From Meyerozyma guilliermondii (taxonomy: Eukaryota), in the NCBI GenBank assembly GCA_051546255.1, contig CP128815.1:1302001-1366000 (forward strand): a DNA stretch of 64,000 nt. The letters are read 5' to 3'. The notes below the pieces were generated by a model. The model was not told the origin of the DNA. It did no database searches and saw only the letters and a program-made list of their open reading frames with translations. A program made the translations under genes and the position numbers. Below are positions 10,472-20,266 of this stretch, piece by piece; the stretch's first letter is position 1; every line of letters begins with the position of its first letter.

Positions 10472-11584
10472 ATGAGCTTAGCCGATAAATCGATCGTAGA
10501 ACAATTCTTGAGCAAAAGAGACACCTGTTCAACCGATAATGAATATGATGGTGAACATGATGGTGCCCGTATCTCAGCAATTTTTGTGATCATGGCAAGT
10601 TCTGCCTTTGGAGCATTTCTCCCTCTCTTGTCATCGAGATATTCTTTCATCAGACTTCCCCCATGGGTATTTTTCATTGCCAAATTTTTTGGATCTGGAG
10701 TCATTATCGCAACTGCATTCATTCATTTATTGGAACCAGCAGCGGACGCCTTGGGTAACGAATGTCTTGGTGGTACATTTGCCGAGTATCCATGGGCATT
10801 CGGCATCTGTTTAATGACATTGTTCGCGTTATTCTTTGCTGAACTTATGGTGTTCAGAATGGTCGATAAGAAAATCGAGGGACAAAATGAATCCAACGCC
10901 CACTCCCATTTCGGAGATGAGGCTCTTTATACCAAGAAAGATTCCGATGAAGAGGAGGAACACGAGCAAGACAATACATCCACCTCCAAGAAAGATAGCC
11001 AACAATACCCTAGTCACTTTCTGCATGCTAATGAGCATCAAGATCCTGAAAATATTGGCACTCTTGTAAATCGGGAAGACAAGGAACAGTATTATGGGCA
11101 ATTGGTGGCAGTTTTCGTGTTGGAATTTGGTATTCTCTTCCACTCCATTTTCATTGGATTGGCATTGGCAGTTGCTGGCGATGAATTTGTCTCGTTGTAC
11201 ATTGTGTTGGTATTCCATCAAATGTTTGAAGGATTAGGTTTGGGAACAAGAATAGCCACTGCCACCTGGCCAAAGGACAAAAGATATACCCCATGGTTGA
11301 TGTCTCTCGGCTACACACTCTGTACCCCAATTGCCATTGCTATTGGATTGGGTGTACGTCATTCATACCCTCCTGAGTCCAGAAGAGCATTGATCACCAA
11401 TGGAGTTTTTGATTCTATTTCTGCTGGCATCTTGATCTATACTGGAGTCGTCGAGTTGATGGCACACGAGTTCTTGTACTCCAACGAATTCAAGGGAGAT
11501 GCCGGATTCAAAAAGATGTTGCAAGCATACTTTGTGATGTGTTGGGGTGCGGGTTTGATGGCTTTATTGGGTAAGTGGGCTTAA
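10472..11584 (+). CDS. ZRT2: ZIP-family zinc transporter, Zrt2-type
   Basis: SRYSFIRLP, ECLGGTFAEYPWAFGICLM, FHSIFIG, FHQMFEGLGLG and C-terminal ALLGKWA. Confidence 0.92.
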   Translation: MSLADKSIVEQFLSKRDTCSTDNEYDGEHDGARISAIFVIMASSAFGAFLPLLSSRYSFIRLPPWVFFIAKFFGSGVIIATAFIHLLEPAADALGNECLGGTFAEYPWAFGICLMTLFALFFAELMVFRMVDKKIEGQNESNAHSHFGDEALYTKKDSDEEEEHEQDNTSTSKKDSQQYPSHFLHANEHQDPENIGTLVNREDKEQYYGQLVAVFVLEFGILFHSIFIGLALAVAGDEFVSLYIVLVFHQMFEGLGLGTRIATATWPKDKRYTPWLMSLGYTLCTPIAIAIGLGVRHSYPPESRRALITNGVFDSISAGILIYTGVVELMAHEFLYSNEFKGDAGFKKMLQAYFVMCWGAGLMALLGKWA

Positions 11585-11761
11585 TAGACAATTAATAATA
11601 ATAATAAGGTGTACCGTGCTACCACATTAAAGTAAAAACAAGTGCAGAAACAAGAAAGTGTAAAGAACTAGTAACACATTTATGGTACGTTCTTTTCCAG
11701 CGTCCATATACAGGTCTCGCGCTCGTCAATTTCTTACTGTTTCTTGACTCCTCGCTCCGCA

Positions 11762-12769
11762 ATGACCGACGTAGCGCAGGCATCTACGCCCAACGATTTT
11801 ATTGAAAGCTTGTCGATAGAGCAGATAGACCATGACCAGAAAATAGGGGTGCGCGCCATACGATTATTTCTTCAAAGTCGAACTTCTTATGACGTATTGC
11901 CTGTGAGTTACCGGTTAATCGTGTTGGATACGTCGTTGTTGGTGAAAAAATCATTGAATATTTTGCTTCAGAACAACGTGGTATCGGCTCCATTATGGAA
12001 CAACAAGACTTCGAGGTTTGCAGGTCTTCTTACCTCGTCAGATTTTATCAATGTCATCCAATACTACTTTCAATATCCCGATAAATTCGATTTGGTTGAC
12101 CAACTTACACTTGATGGGCTCCGTGACATCGAAAAGGCTATTGGCGTAGATCCCATTGAGAAGGCGTCTATCCATCCATTCAAATCGCTTTATGAAGCAT
12201 GTGTCAAGATGCTCGAGTCAAAGGCAAGAAGAATCCCGCTTATCGACGAAGACGAAAAAACCCATCGAGAAATAGTGGTGTCCGTGTTGACCCAATACCG
12301 TATTTTGAAGTTTGTGGCTCTCAATTGTAAAGAAACAAAAATGCTACTTAAACCCATCAAGAACTTGCCTACATTGAATAAAGACATTGAGATATCTACA
12401 TGCACCATGGCTACCCCGGTGATCGAGGTGATCCACCTTCTTGCCCACAAATCGGTGTCGTCCATCCCAATAGTCGATGAAACTGGAAAACTCATCAACG
12501 TGTACGAAGCCATCGATGTGCTTGCCTTGGTGAAAAATGGAGGTATGTACACAGATTTGGACCTCACGGTTGGTGATGCTCTCTTGAAACGTCCAGAAGA
12601 CTTCGAAGGTGTTCACACCTGTACCGTCAATGATAGACTCAGCACCATAATGGATACCATCCGAAAATCAAGATTACACAGACTCTTTGTCGTTGACGAT
12701 GAAGGTAAGTTAGTTTCGGTGGTTTCCCTCAGTGACATTCTCAGATATCTTCTTTTTGAGGAAGAGTAG
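11762..12769 (+). CDS. SNF4: AMPK/Snf1 gamma subunit (four CBS domains)
   Basis: SYDVLPVSYRLIVLDTSLLVKKSL and RRIPLID motifs. Confidence 0.95.
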   Translation: MTDVAQASTPNDFIESLSIEQIDHDQKIGVRAIRLFLQSRTSYDVLPVSYRLIVLDTSLLVKKSLNILLQNNVVSAPLWNNKTSRFAGLLTSSDFINVIQYYFQYPDKFDLVDQLTLDGLRDIEKAIGVDPIEKASIHPFKSLYEACVKMLESKARRIPLIDEDEKTHREIVVSVLTQYRILKFVALNCKETKMLLKPIKNLPTLNKDIEISTCTMATPVIEVIHLLAHKSVSSIPIVDETGKLINVYEAIDVLALVKNGGMYTDLDLTVGDALLKRPEDFEGVHTCTVNDRLSTIMDTIRKSRLHRLFVVDDEGKLVSVVSLSDILRYLLFEEE

Positions 12770-13006
12770 ATGAAGACTTCATACTTTTTTGCTTCGTAGT
12801 GTTCTTTGTAATGACGCAATGCGCCGTGTCTATGATTTCGCTTAGCCGCACTCTTTTCAGTAATGTAATCCGCATACAATTAGTCAGCTCTCCACTCTCA
12901 ACTTTGAATATTATATAACCTTCACCTAGCAACTTGACATATATAAGGTGTCTCCCGTTTATTGACAGTCGGAACAAAAGCCCGTGTAAAGGGCCAACCG
13001 TAAATA

Positions 13007-14983
13007 ATGGCTACTGAAAATGGTTTCTCCGCAGTAGATCATCGAGATTCCATACAATCGGCATCACTGAATACCATTGGAGATGAGAATTGGATATCGA
13101 AGCTTGAGACACCCCAAATTACGTTGAGAGCCACAGTGGTTGGACTTTTCATTGGTAGCATTGTCCTCATATCGAATTTTCAGTTTGGACTTCAAACTGG
13201 TTGGGTATCGATGATGTCGTTACCTTCGGCCTTGCTAGGTTATGTCTTATTTGCTGTGTCTCCATGGAAGCAAAGTTTCAGCGATGTTGAGAATGTGTAC
13301 ATACAAAGCATTGCTGTGGCCACCGGCACGGGGCCCTTGGCATATGGATTAATTGGTATCGTTCCAGCCATTGAAAAATTTCTTAGTGCCGCCGAGACTG
13401 GAATAGGCAAAACCATCAAGTTGTCAGTTTCCCAACTCATGGTATGGTCGTTGGGAATTGCTCTTTTTGGAGTGTTTTTCGCCATTCCTTTGAGGAAGCA
13501 GGTGGTAGTTAAGGAAAAACTACCATTTCCTTCTGGTAGCGCAACCGCAACACTCATTTCAGTTCTTCATAAAACCACATTGAGAAGCGACGAAGATCTG
13601 ATTACAGAAGAAACAACCTCAAAAAGCGACCCTACATATGACAACAGCTCCCGATCTTTATTCTGGACTTTCGTTGCATCTTCAGCATTCACCATTGCTT
13701 CGTATTTTATTCCAATTTTGAACAATATTCCAATCTTTGGCCCCATTGCATCTCGTACTTATATGTGGAATTTCAAGCCTTCTCCAGCGTATATTGGCCA
13801 GGGAATTATCATGGGTCTTCCTACCGTCTCATACATGCTCTTTGGTGCCATTTTAGGATGGGCTATCTTGTCTCCTTTTGCTAAACATAAAGGCTGGGCT
13901 CCGGGTGACGTCGACGACTGGATTGAAGGTGGACAAGGCTGGATTTTGTGGATTAGTTTATCGGTGATGATTAGTGATTCTATCGTATCTTTTGCGGTTG
14001 TTACTGTCAAGTCTTTGAAAAGTGGGATCTCGTACATGAATACCATTGCCAGGCAGGACCTAGAAGAGCAGCAGTCTCTTCTTAGTAACGGAGGTTCCGT
14101 TAGATCTGAGCAAGACGTTGATAGCAAATTTCTCGTTAGCTCACGAACTGCTATTATTGGGGTGGTTTTTTCCTCCCTCTTGTGCATCTTATCTGTTCAC
14201 CATGTCTTTGGCACAACGGTTCCCGTCTACTCTACAGTGGTCGCAATTATTCTAGCATTGTTCTTTTCCATTTTAGGTGTTAGGGCTCTTGGGGAAACTG
14301 ATTTGAACCCCGTTAGTGGGATTGGTAAACTCTCTCAGTTGATCTTTGCATTTGTGGTTCCAAAGGGCCACCCAGCACGGATACTTATCAACCTTATAGC
14401 CGGTGGAATAGCAGAAGCTGGTGCTCAGCAAGCTGGAGATTTGATGCAAGATTTAAAAACGGGTCACCTTGTTGGAGCATCTCCAAGAGCCCAGTTTATT
14501 GCTCAAATTATTGGAACTTTGTATTCCGTGGTTTTGAGCAGTGTCATGTATGGCATTTACAACAAGGTTTATGAAATACCAAGTGACACTTATAGAATAC
14601 CCACTGCTGTTGTATGGGTTGATTGTGCGAGATTAGTTACCGGTGAGGGATTACCTCCTATGGCATTTGAGTTTTCCATCTTTTTCGGAGTCGTTTTCGG
14701 ATTTATCTCGTTGGTGAAAAATTTATATCCCAGAAAGCACAAGTGCCAAAAAGTTTTGGTTTACTTACCAAATGGTGTGGCAGTTGGTATTGGGATCTAC
14801 AACTCACCTAACTTTACTTTGGCGAGATTTTTGGGAGGTGTTTTAGCTTACTGGTGGATCCAGAAGCATGGCAAACAAAACAAAATTGCAATGATTATAT
14901 TTAGTAGTGGTTTGATCCTCGGGGAAGGACTATTCAGTGGTTTCACCATGCTATTCACTAGCTTGGGAGTCCCTCATTTTTAG
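13007..14983 (+). CDS. OPT-superfamily (YSL-clade) transporter, YGL114W/OPT8-like
   Basis: FGLQTGWVSMMSLPSALLG, LPFPSGSATA, GETDLNPVSG and DLMQDLKTGHL. Confidence 0.88.
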   Translation: MATENGFSAVDHRDSIQSASLNTIGDENWISKLETPQITLRATVVGLFIGSIVLISNFQFGLQTGWVSMMSLPSALLGYVLFAVSPWKQSFSDVENVYIQSIAVATGTGPLAYGLIGIVPAIEKFLSAAETGIGKTIKLSVSQLMVWSLGIALFGVFFAIPLRKQVVVKEKLPFPSGSATATLISVLHKTTLRSDEDLITEETTSKSDPTYDNSSRSLFWTFVASSAFTIASYFIPILNNIPIFGPIASRTYMWNFKPSPAYIGQGIIMGLPTVSYMLFGAILGWAILSPFAKHKGWAPGDVDDWIEGGQGWILWISLSVMISDSIVSFAVVTVKSLKSGISYMNTIARQDLEEQQSLLSNGGSVRSEQDVDSKFLVSSRTAIIGVVFSSLLCILSVHHVFGTTVPVYSTVVAIILALFFSILGVRALGETDLNPVSGIGKLSQLIFAFVVPKGHPARILINLIAGGIAEAGAQQAGDLMQDLKTGHLVGASPRAQFIAQIIGTLYSVVLSSVMYGIYNKVYEIPSDTYRIPTAVVWVDCARLVTGEGLPPMAFEFSIFFGVVFGFISLVKNLYPRKHKCQKVLVYLPNGVAVGIGIYNSPNFTLARFLGGVLAYWWIQKHGKQNKIAMIIFSSGLILGEGLFSGFTMLFTSLGVPHF

Positions 14984-14998
14984 CATTATGTACATATT

Positions 14999-16636
14999 TT
15001 ACATATTTCTTTCCTTATCAGCGACGATTCTTTGGTTTATCAAGTAGATGGCAGTTTGTATCAGATTGATGGACCCCGTCAACGTCAACTTCCGAATACT
15101 AGTTAGCCCTCTACCTCTACCTAGCATGATAGTTTGGTGTTGGTCAGGCTCTATTTTGACATAGCTGCACCCACTTGACTCTCTTATCTGTTTTATATTG
15201 TTTCCTCCCTTTCCAATAACTGAACCAATGTTGGTATTAGCCACGAAAACATCTTCGCTAAACTTGTCGGTTCCAGTACCAGCAGGAACAGGTACACTGG
15301 TAATCACGTCTCCAATCATAGTATTCCCATGTTCATCTGTGTACAGTTGGGTAGGAACCGGTGTAGTGATTTGGTTGTGGGATGGAGCAGATGGCTGGAA
15401 CTGTCTCTGGTAATTATGCTGAAAAGGTGCACCGCCTTGAATTGGATCGTTTCCAATAATCCCTGTGTTACCATAAGTATTATTAGGAATTAGGCCCATG
15501 GTATTGTTCATGAGTTGGTTATTACCTGGGGTGTAGTATACAATCTTGTGCTTTTTGAGGATATCCTTGTGTTCGATAATCACCTGAGAAATATAGTAGA
15601 TTGCAATATGAATGGCATCTCCAACACCCAATACGGATAGAACACGATCAGTGGAATTAGGCAATGGCTGTTCAGCAGCTTTAAGTTTCGCAGCCGAATT
15701 CTCTTCGATCTCACGAAACTTACTACCACCTTTCCCAATTATATAGCCAACCATTGGGTGCGGTATGAGTACCTTGAGATTATACTGGCGGCTCATTATC
15801 GATGCTGGCTCGTCTTCTGGCTCCTCTAAGATAGCTCTTGTGATTAAACCAAAAGCCTTTGCAACGTTCTCTGCAGGTCCCTTGACCAGAATGATACGTT
15901 CTTGAACGTCCTTGATATTCTCACTCACCTGGATTCGGGCATTGGCCTTTTCACGAAGATGGTTTATCATATCTCCGCGTTTCCCAATCACAAAACTTGC
16001 CTCTTTGACTGGGCAATACATGCGAAATGAAACATAAGTAGGGTCCAGTTCACGTTCAGCTTGGTGATTAGCCATAGGTCTCGAAGTATAATCAAGGTGA
16101 TTAGCGAAAGGTACTGGATCATAAGCTTGAGAGGTTCCATAGCTGGTGGTGGTGCCAATTGCTTGACTTACACCAGAATTAGTAATTGGATTGATAGCAG
16201 GAGTGGAGGTACCGTAAGCATTTATCAAAGAACCAAGTTGTCCTAGAGCCAGAGATCTACTGTATGGACTTTGGCGAGGTGGTGAAGCAGGGGGAGGTGA
16301 AGGCTGAGGATAGCTTATAGTCGACGGTGGAGCAGAGTGAGATGGCACTGATACACTGGGGCTAACATCTGTCAGCTTATCAGTGAGTTTTGAAGAATCT
16401 TCCTTAGGTGGCTCTACCTGGTAGTCATCATCACTTTCAGATGGGTTGAGAGGTTCTGGTTTATTCAGAGAAGGTTTGTTAGTTTCGTCTTCGGTTGAAT
16501 CGGCACCCAAAACAGGACTAGGAGGCCCTTCAAGTTCCGGCAGCTTCAGTGAGGTATCATCGAGAGCTGCACGCTTGATGGGAGGCTCCTCTTCTTCTTG
16601 TTCGTCGATTTTACGTTTCAACGTGTTGTCAGACAT
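14999..16636 (-). CDS. PBP2: Triple KH-domain RNA-binding protein
   Basis: Three KH GxxG loops: IGKRG, IGKGGSK and IGKGGNN. Confidence 0.8.
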   Translation of the reverse strand: MSDNTLKRKIDEQEEEEPPIKRAALDDTSLKLPELEGPPSPVLGADSTEDETNKPSLNKPEPLNPSESDDDYQVEPPKEDSSKLTDKLTDVSPSVSVPSHSAPPSTISYPQPSPPPASPPRQSPYSRSLALGQLGSLINAYGTSTPAINPITNSGVSQAIGTTTSYGTSQAYDPVPFANHLDYTSRPMANHQAERELDPTYVSFRMYCPVKEASFVIGKRGDMINHLREKANARIQVSENIKDVQERIILVKGPAENVAKAFGLITRAILEEPEDEPASIMSRQYNLKVLIPHPMVGYIIGKGGSKFREIEENSAAKLKAAEQPLPNSTDRVLSVLGVGDAIHIAIYYISQVIIEHKDILKKHKIVYYTPGNNQLMNNTMGLIPNNTYGNTGIIGNDPIQGGAPFQHNYQRQFQPSAPSHNQITTPVPTQLYTDEHGNTMIGDVITSVPVPAGTGTDKFSEDVFVANTNIGSVIGKGGNNIKQIRESSGCSYVKIEPDQHQTIMLGRGRGLTSIRKLTLTGSINLIQTAIYLINQRIVADKERNM

Positions 16637-16732
16637 AGTTTACAAATTGTTGACGACTCATCGAAAATTATTAGCCTTCTGGTGTTCGGGTGCGTATATA
16701 CAGATGCAACTTGAAGGTTGCAAAAAAAGATG

Positions 16733-17707
16733 CTAAGTGTTATTAAGTTTCCATTGGCGCTGGCGTTCGGCTTCTCGTGCCTCCACGTAGTGCTTGTCTC
16801 TTTTGCTCTCGACACGACCAAGAAAGTCTTGCTTGTCCAAGTAACCGGCCTTGTTATGAAGTTTAAGGTCGTCTTTGATCTTCCGTTTATCGACAAAACT
16901 GGCCCAGTCAAGCCTGGATTTCTCCAACGTGGACAATTTCAGCTTTTTTCCCTGTGAGCTCAAGAACTTGTCGATCAACGATGGTCTCTTCAATTTAATA
17001 CGCAACTCCGTGGGTTCGTTGGTTCCAGGGATTTGCCGTAAAATAGGAACAAATGCCCGAGGAATCTTATTACCAGAATCGTCGATTTGCGACAGGAAAC
17101 TGGTGGAGTTCATATAGGCTTTTGCCTCTGCAGAGTTGGCGTCCACTAACTTTGATTCCGTCACAACCTTGCCAGCAAATGTATATGACGTTTGTATTTT
17201 GATTTTCTCAGTGTCGTCTCCATGCGATTCCTCTACCGATGGTTCATGCTTCGCTTTATCTTCCGCAGCAAGTTTTTCAGGATCCTCAACTGTACTTCGC
17301 CATTCCAAATTAACTTCGGCCTTGGCCCTTCCCAGCCTTAACTCTTCAAAGAGATTATCTACATCGAAGCTCACGCCTTCTTTGTGACGTTTAAGAGAAG
17401 TCTCCTGGTGTTTGTCCGCGCTATAGCCTTGATCACGCTGGCGTCGCGTTCTCACAGAAGATACAGTAGCCTGAATATTCGAGTAATCGGGGACTTTCTC
17501 AACATCCTCGTCGCCACTTTCGTCATCTTCGGCATCGTCTGCCTTTTTTGAAGGATCGTAATCATCGTCTTCTTCCTCGTCATATTCTTCCTCCACGTCC
17601 TCTTTTGGTTCCTCTTTAGAACCTTTAAGTTCTTGAGGCTCCTTTTTGTCCTTTTCAGGCTTTCTTGTGGCGTGCTTTTTACCCTGCTTCTTCTTAGTCG
17701 GAGCCAT
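16733..17707 (-). CDS. SWC5: SWR1 complex subunit Swc5 (BCNT domain)
   Basis: Acidic N-terminus; LSTLEKSRLDW and GYLDKQDFLGRV. Confidence 0.92.
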   Translation of the reverse strand: MAPTKKKQGKKHATRKPEKDKKEPQELKGSKEEPKEDVEEEYDEEEDDDYDPSKKADDAEDDESGDEDVEKVPDYSNIQATVSSVRTRRQRDQGYSADKHQETSLKRHKEGVSFDVDNLFEELRLGRAKAEVNLEWRSTVEDPEKLAAEDKAKHEPSVEESHGDDTEKIKIQTSYTFAGKVVTESKLVDANSAEAKAYMNSTSFLSQIDDSGNKIPRAFVPILRQIPGTNEPTELRIKLKRPSLIDKFLSSQGKKLKLSTLEKSRLDWASFVDKRKIKDDLKLHNKAGYLDKQDFLGRVESKRDKHYVEAREAERQRQWKLNNT

Positions 17708-18001
17708 GAAGAGATACTCGCGAGCACCAATTTAGCCACATAATAACACACCCAGACACCAAGGAACTAAGACAGCACTTGAGTACCATTGCGTTCTCCT
17801 TTACCATACTTTTTGTTTGAAAACAATCTTGTGGTCACTTCACTTTTCCTCTTTCCAGAGTCATCTTTAAGGGCGTCAAGGAGTCCGAAAGACAATTGGC
17901 GGCTATAAACGGCAATTCTTTATGCAGTACAGCCGCTAGGTGCACGGCCCTTTTACACAGTGGGGTTTAAATTCGAGACTAATCACAATTCCCGCCACCA
18001 A

Positions 18002-20110
18002 ATGTCTGACGTTTTCTTAGCCGATTCCGGTGCTCCAGTGGTTCTTTTATCCGCAAAGAAACACTTTGATGCTCTTCCAACTGATAAAGAAAAGAAATAT
18101 GCCCATTTTCTTTCGAGGGCTGCACACCATGGAACTAGAGCCATTTTGAGGTCTGTCTCTCCCGAAAGTGAGGATATATACGACTTGATCTTGGCCATTC
18201 ACAAAGCCCTCGACTCTCCATCTTCCAATGATAAGTACATTGAGCGCTGGGGAGCCAAGCTTAAAGACCAGCTGTTGGATACGACTGATGCTGTTACCAA
18301 GTACCTTGAATACGCATCCCAATTCTTGTCCAATGTAGGTAACTACAAGTCATTTGGAGACAAGAAGTTTGTTCCCAGAATCCCCGAGTCTCAATTGGAT
18401 ACTCTTATTGCTCAATTGAACGATGCAAAGGTCGGCTCGTTGTACGAGAAGATCAAACAGCCATTGTATGACAGTAACGAGAAGAAGGGCTTGTTAGGAT
18501 GGCCAGCTCAGGGTCATATGTCGGGATACTATCCAGGATCTAACGAGGGTAAGGGCACCGAAAAAACCATTACAAAGGACGAAGTGGAGTTGGTGAATGC
18601 TGCCTTGGCAACGCATGGAATTATGCCTGAGAACACCAGAGTGGAAAAAGTTGACGATAAGAAATTCTTGGTTCACGTTGCCAGCGCTCTCGACGAAAAT
18701 ACTACGTCGTATTATCCCAAGGAACCTATCACTTATGAATCTGCAACAATCACCTTTTCTTTTGGTGACCATAAGAACGAGTTCAAGAAAATCGTCGAGG
18801 CTTTGGAAGAAGCATCAAAGTACGTGGCTAATGACACTCAAGCCAAGATGCTCTACTACTACATTGAATCGTTCAAGACTGGATCCATGAACGCCCACAA
18901 GGAATCTCAAGTTCAATGGGTGAAGGATTTAAAGCCATTGGTGGAAAGCAATATAGGATTCATCGAAACTTATCGTGACCCTTCGGGGGTCAGAGGTGAG
19001 TGGGAAGGTTTGATTGCAATGGTGAACCAGGACAGAACTGCCAAATTTTCTACTTTGGTTGAAAATGCCACTACTCTCATCAAACACCTTCCTTGGGACC
19101 CATTTTTCGAGAAAGATAAATTTACACCACCAGATTTTACTTCTTTGGAAGTTTTGACCTTTGCCGGATCAGGTGTACCAGCTGGTATCAATATTCCAAA
19201 CTACGACGATGTGCGGTTGAACGTTGGTTTTAAGAATGTGTCGCTCGGTAATGTTTTGTCTGCCAATCCAAAGAAACCAAAGAAGGAAGAAGTCATTACA
19301 TTCTTGAGTCCTGAACTTCAGCAAAAGTTCCGTAAGTGGAGGGATGAAGCGTTTGAAGTACAAGTCGGATTGCATGAACTCTTAGGACATGGTACTGGTA
19401 AGTTATTGCAGGAAACGGCACCCGGAAAGTTCAATTTTGACCGAAGCAACAAATTGGCCTCGTCATATTACGGCCCAAATGATACATGGGGCTCTTTGTT
19501 CGGCACTGTGGCAGGATCGTTTGAAGAGTGTCGTGCTGAACTTGTGGCTCTCTATCTTATTTTGAAAGAGCCATTCGAAGTTTTCGACATTTTTGGAATC
19601 AAGGACTCCAAAGATCAAGAAGATGTGATTCTTATCGCAACCGTACTTATGTGTCGTGCCGGTTTACTTGGTCTCGAATTCTGGGACCCTGCTACCAAGA
19701 AATGGGGACAGCCACACATGCAAGCCAGATTTGGTATCTTTAAGAGTTTGCACAAAGCGGGGATCTGCGATCTCAAGTACAAGGAGGAGAACTTTGATGA
19801 TTTAGAAATCGTTTTTGACACTTCCAAATTATCCACGACGGCTGTTGACACCTTGGGTGAGTACTTGCGCAACTTGCATGTTTTCAAGTCTACTGGAAAT
19901 GTTAAGGAAGGACAACGGTACTACAACGAACAGACAGAGGTGACGCCAGAGTACAGTAAGTTTAGAGATGTTGTCCTTGCCAAGAAGCTTCCAAGGAAAC
20001 AATTGATTCAAGCCAACACCGTTCTCACTGAGTCAGGAAGCGTGGAGGTGAAAGAATACGAAGAATCCGAAGTGGGACTTATTCTTAGTTTCGTTGAAAG
20101 AGGCGTTTAG
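18002..20110 (+). CDS. DPP3: Dipeptidyl peptidase III (M49)
   Basis: HELLGH and EECRAE motifs, GFIETYRDP; first ATG at 18002. Confidence 0.93.
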   Translation: MSDVFLADSGAPVVLLSAKKHFDALPTDKEKKYAHFLSRAAHHGTRAILRSVSPESEDIYDLILAIHKALDSPSSNDKYIERWGAKLKDQLLDTTDAVTKYLEYASQFLSNVGNYKSFGDKKFVPRIPESQLDTLIAQLNDAKVGSLYEKIKQPLYDSNEKKGLLGWPAQGHMSGYYPGSNEGKGTEKTITKDEVELVNAALATHGIMPENTRVEKVDDKKFLVHVASALDENTTSYYPKEPITYESATITFSFGDHKNEFKKIVEALEEASKYVANDTQAKMLYYYIESFKTGSMNAHKESQVQWVKDLKPLVESNIGFIETYRDPSGVRGEWEGLIAMVNQDRTAKFSTLVENATTLIKHLPWDPFFEKDKFTPPDFTSLEVLTFAGSGVPAGINIPNYDDVRLNVGFKNVSLGNVLSANPKKPKKEEVITFLSPELQQKFRKWRDEAFEVQVGLHELLGHGTGKLLQETAPGKFNFDRSNKLASSYYGPNDTWGSLFGTVAGSFEECRAELVALYLILKEPFEVFDIFGIKDSKDQEDVILIATVLMCRAGLLGLEFWDPATKKWGQPHMQARFGIFKSLHKAGICDLKYKEENFDDLEIVFDTSKLSTTAVDTLGEYLRNLHVFKSTGNVKEGQRYYNEQTEVTPEYSKFRDVVLAKKLPRKQLIQANTVLTESGSVEVKEYEESEVGLILSFVERGV

Positions 20111-20266
20111 TTTGTATGATCAATAGATATGTCTCCTACACTTTGAAAGCTACTTTCTTCTTTCCCTATGACTCGCAATGAGCAACACCATTACACCCGA
20201 TCTTTATCTGCGCTCGAGATTTACGTCAACCTTCCACACTCTACTTGTCGAGTGCATTAGTTTCAT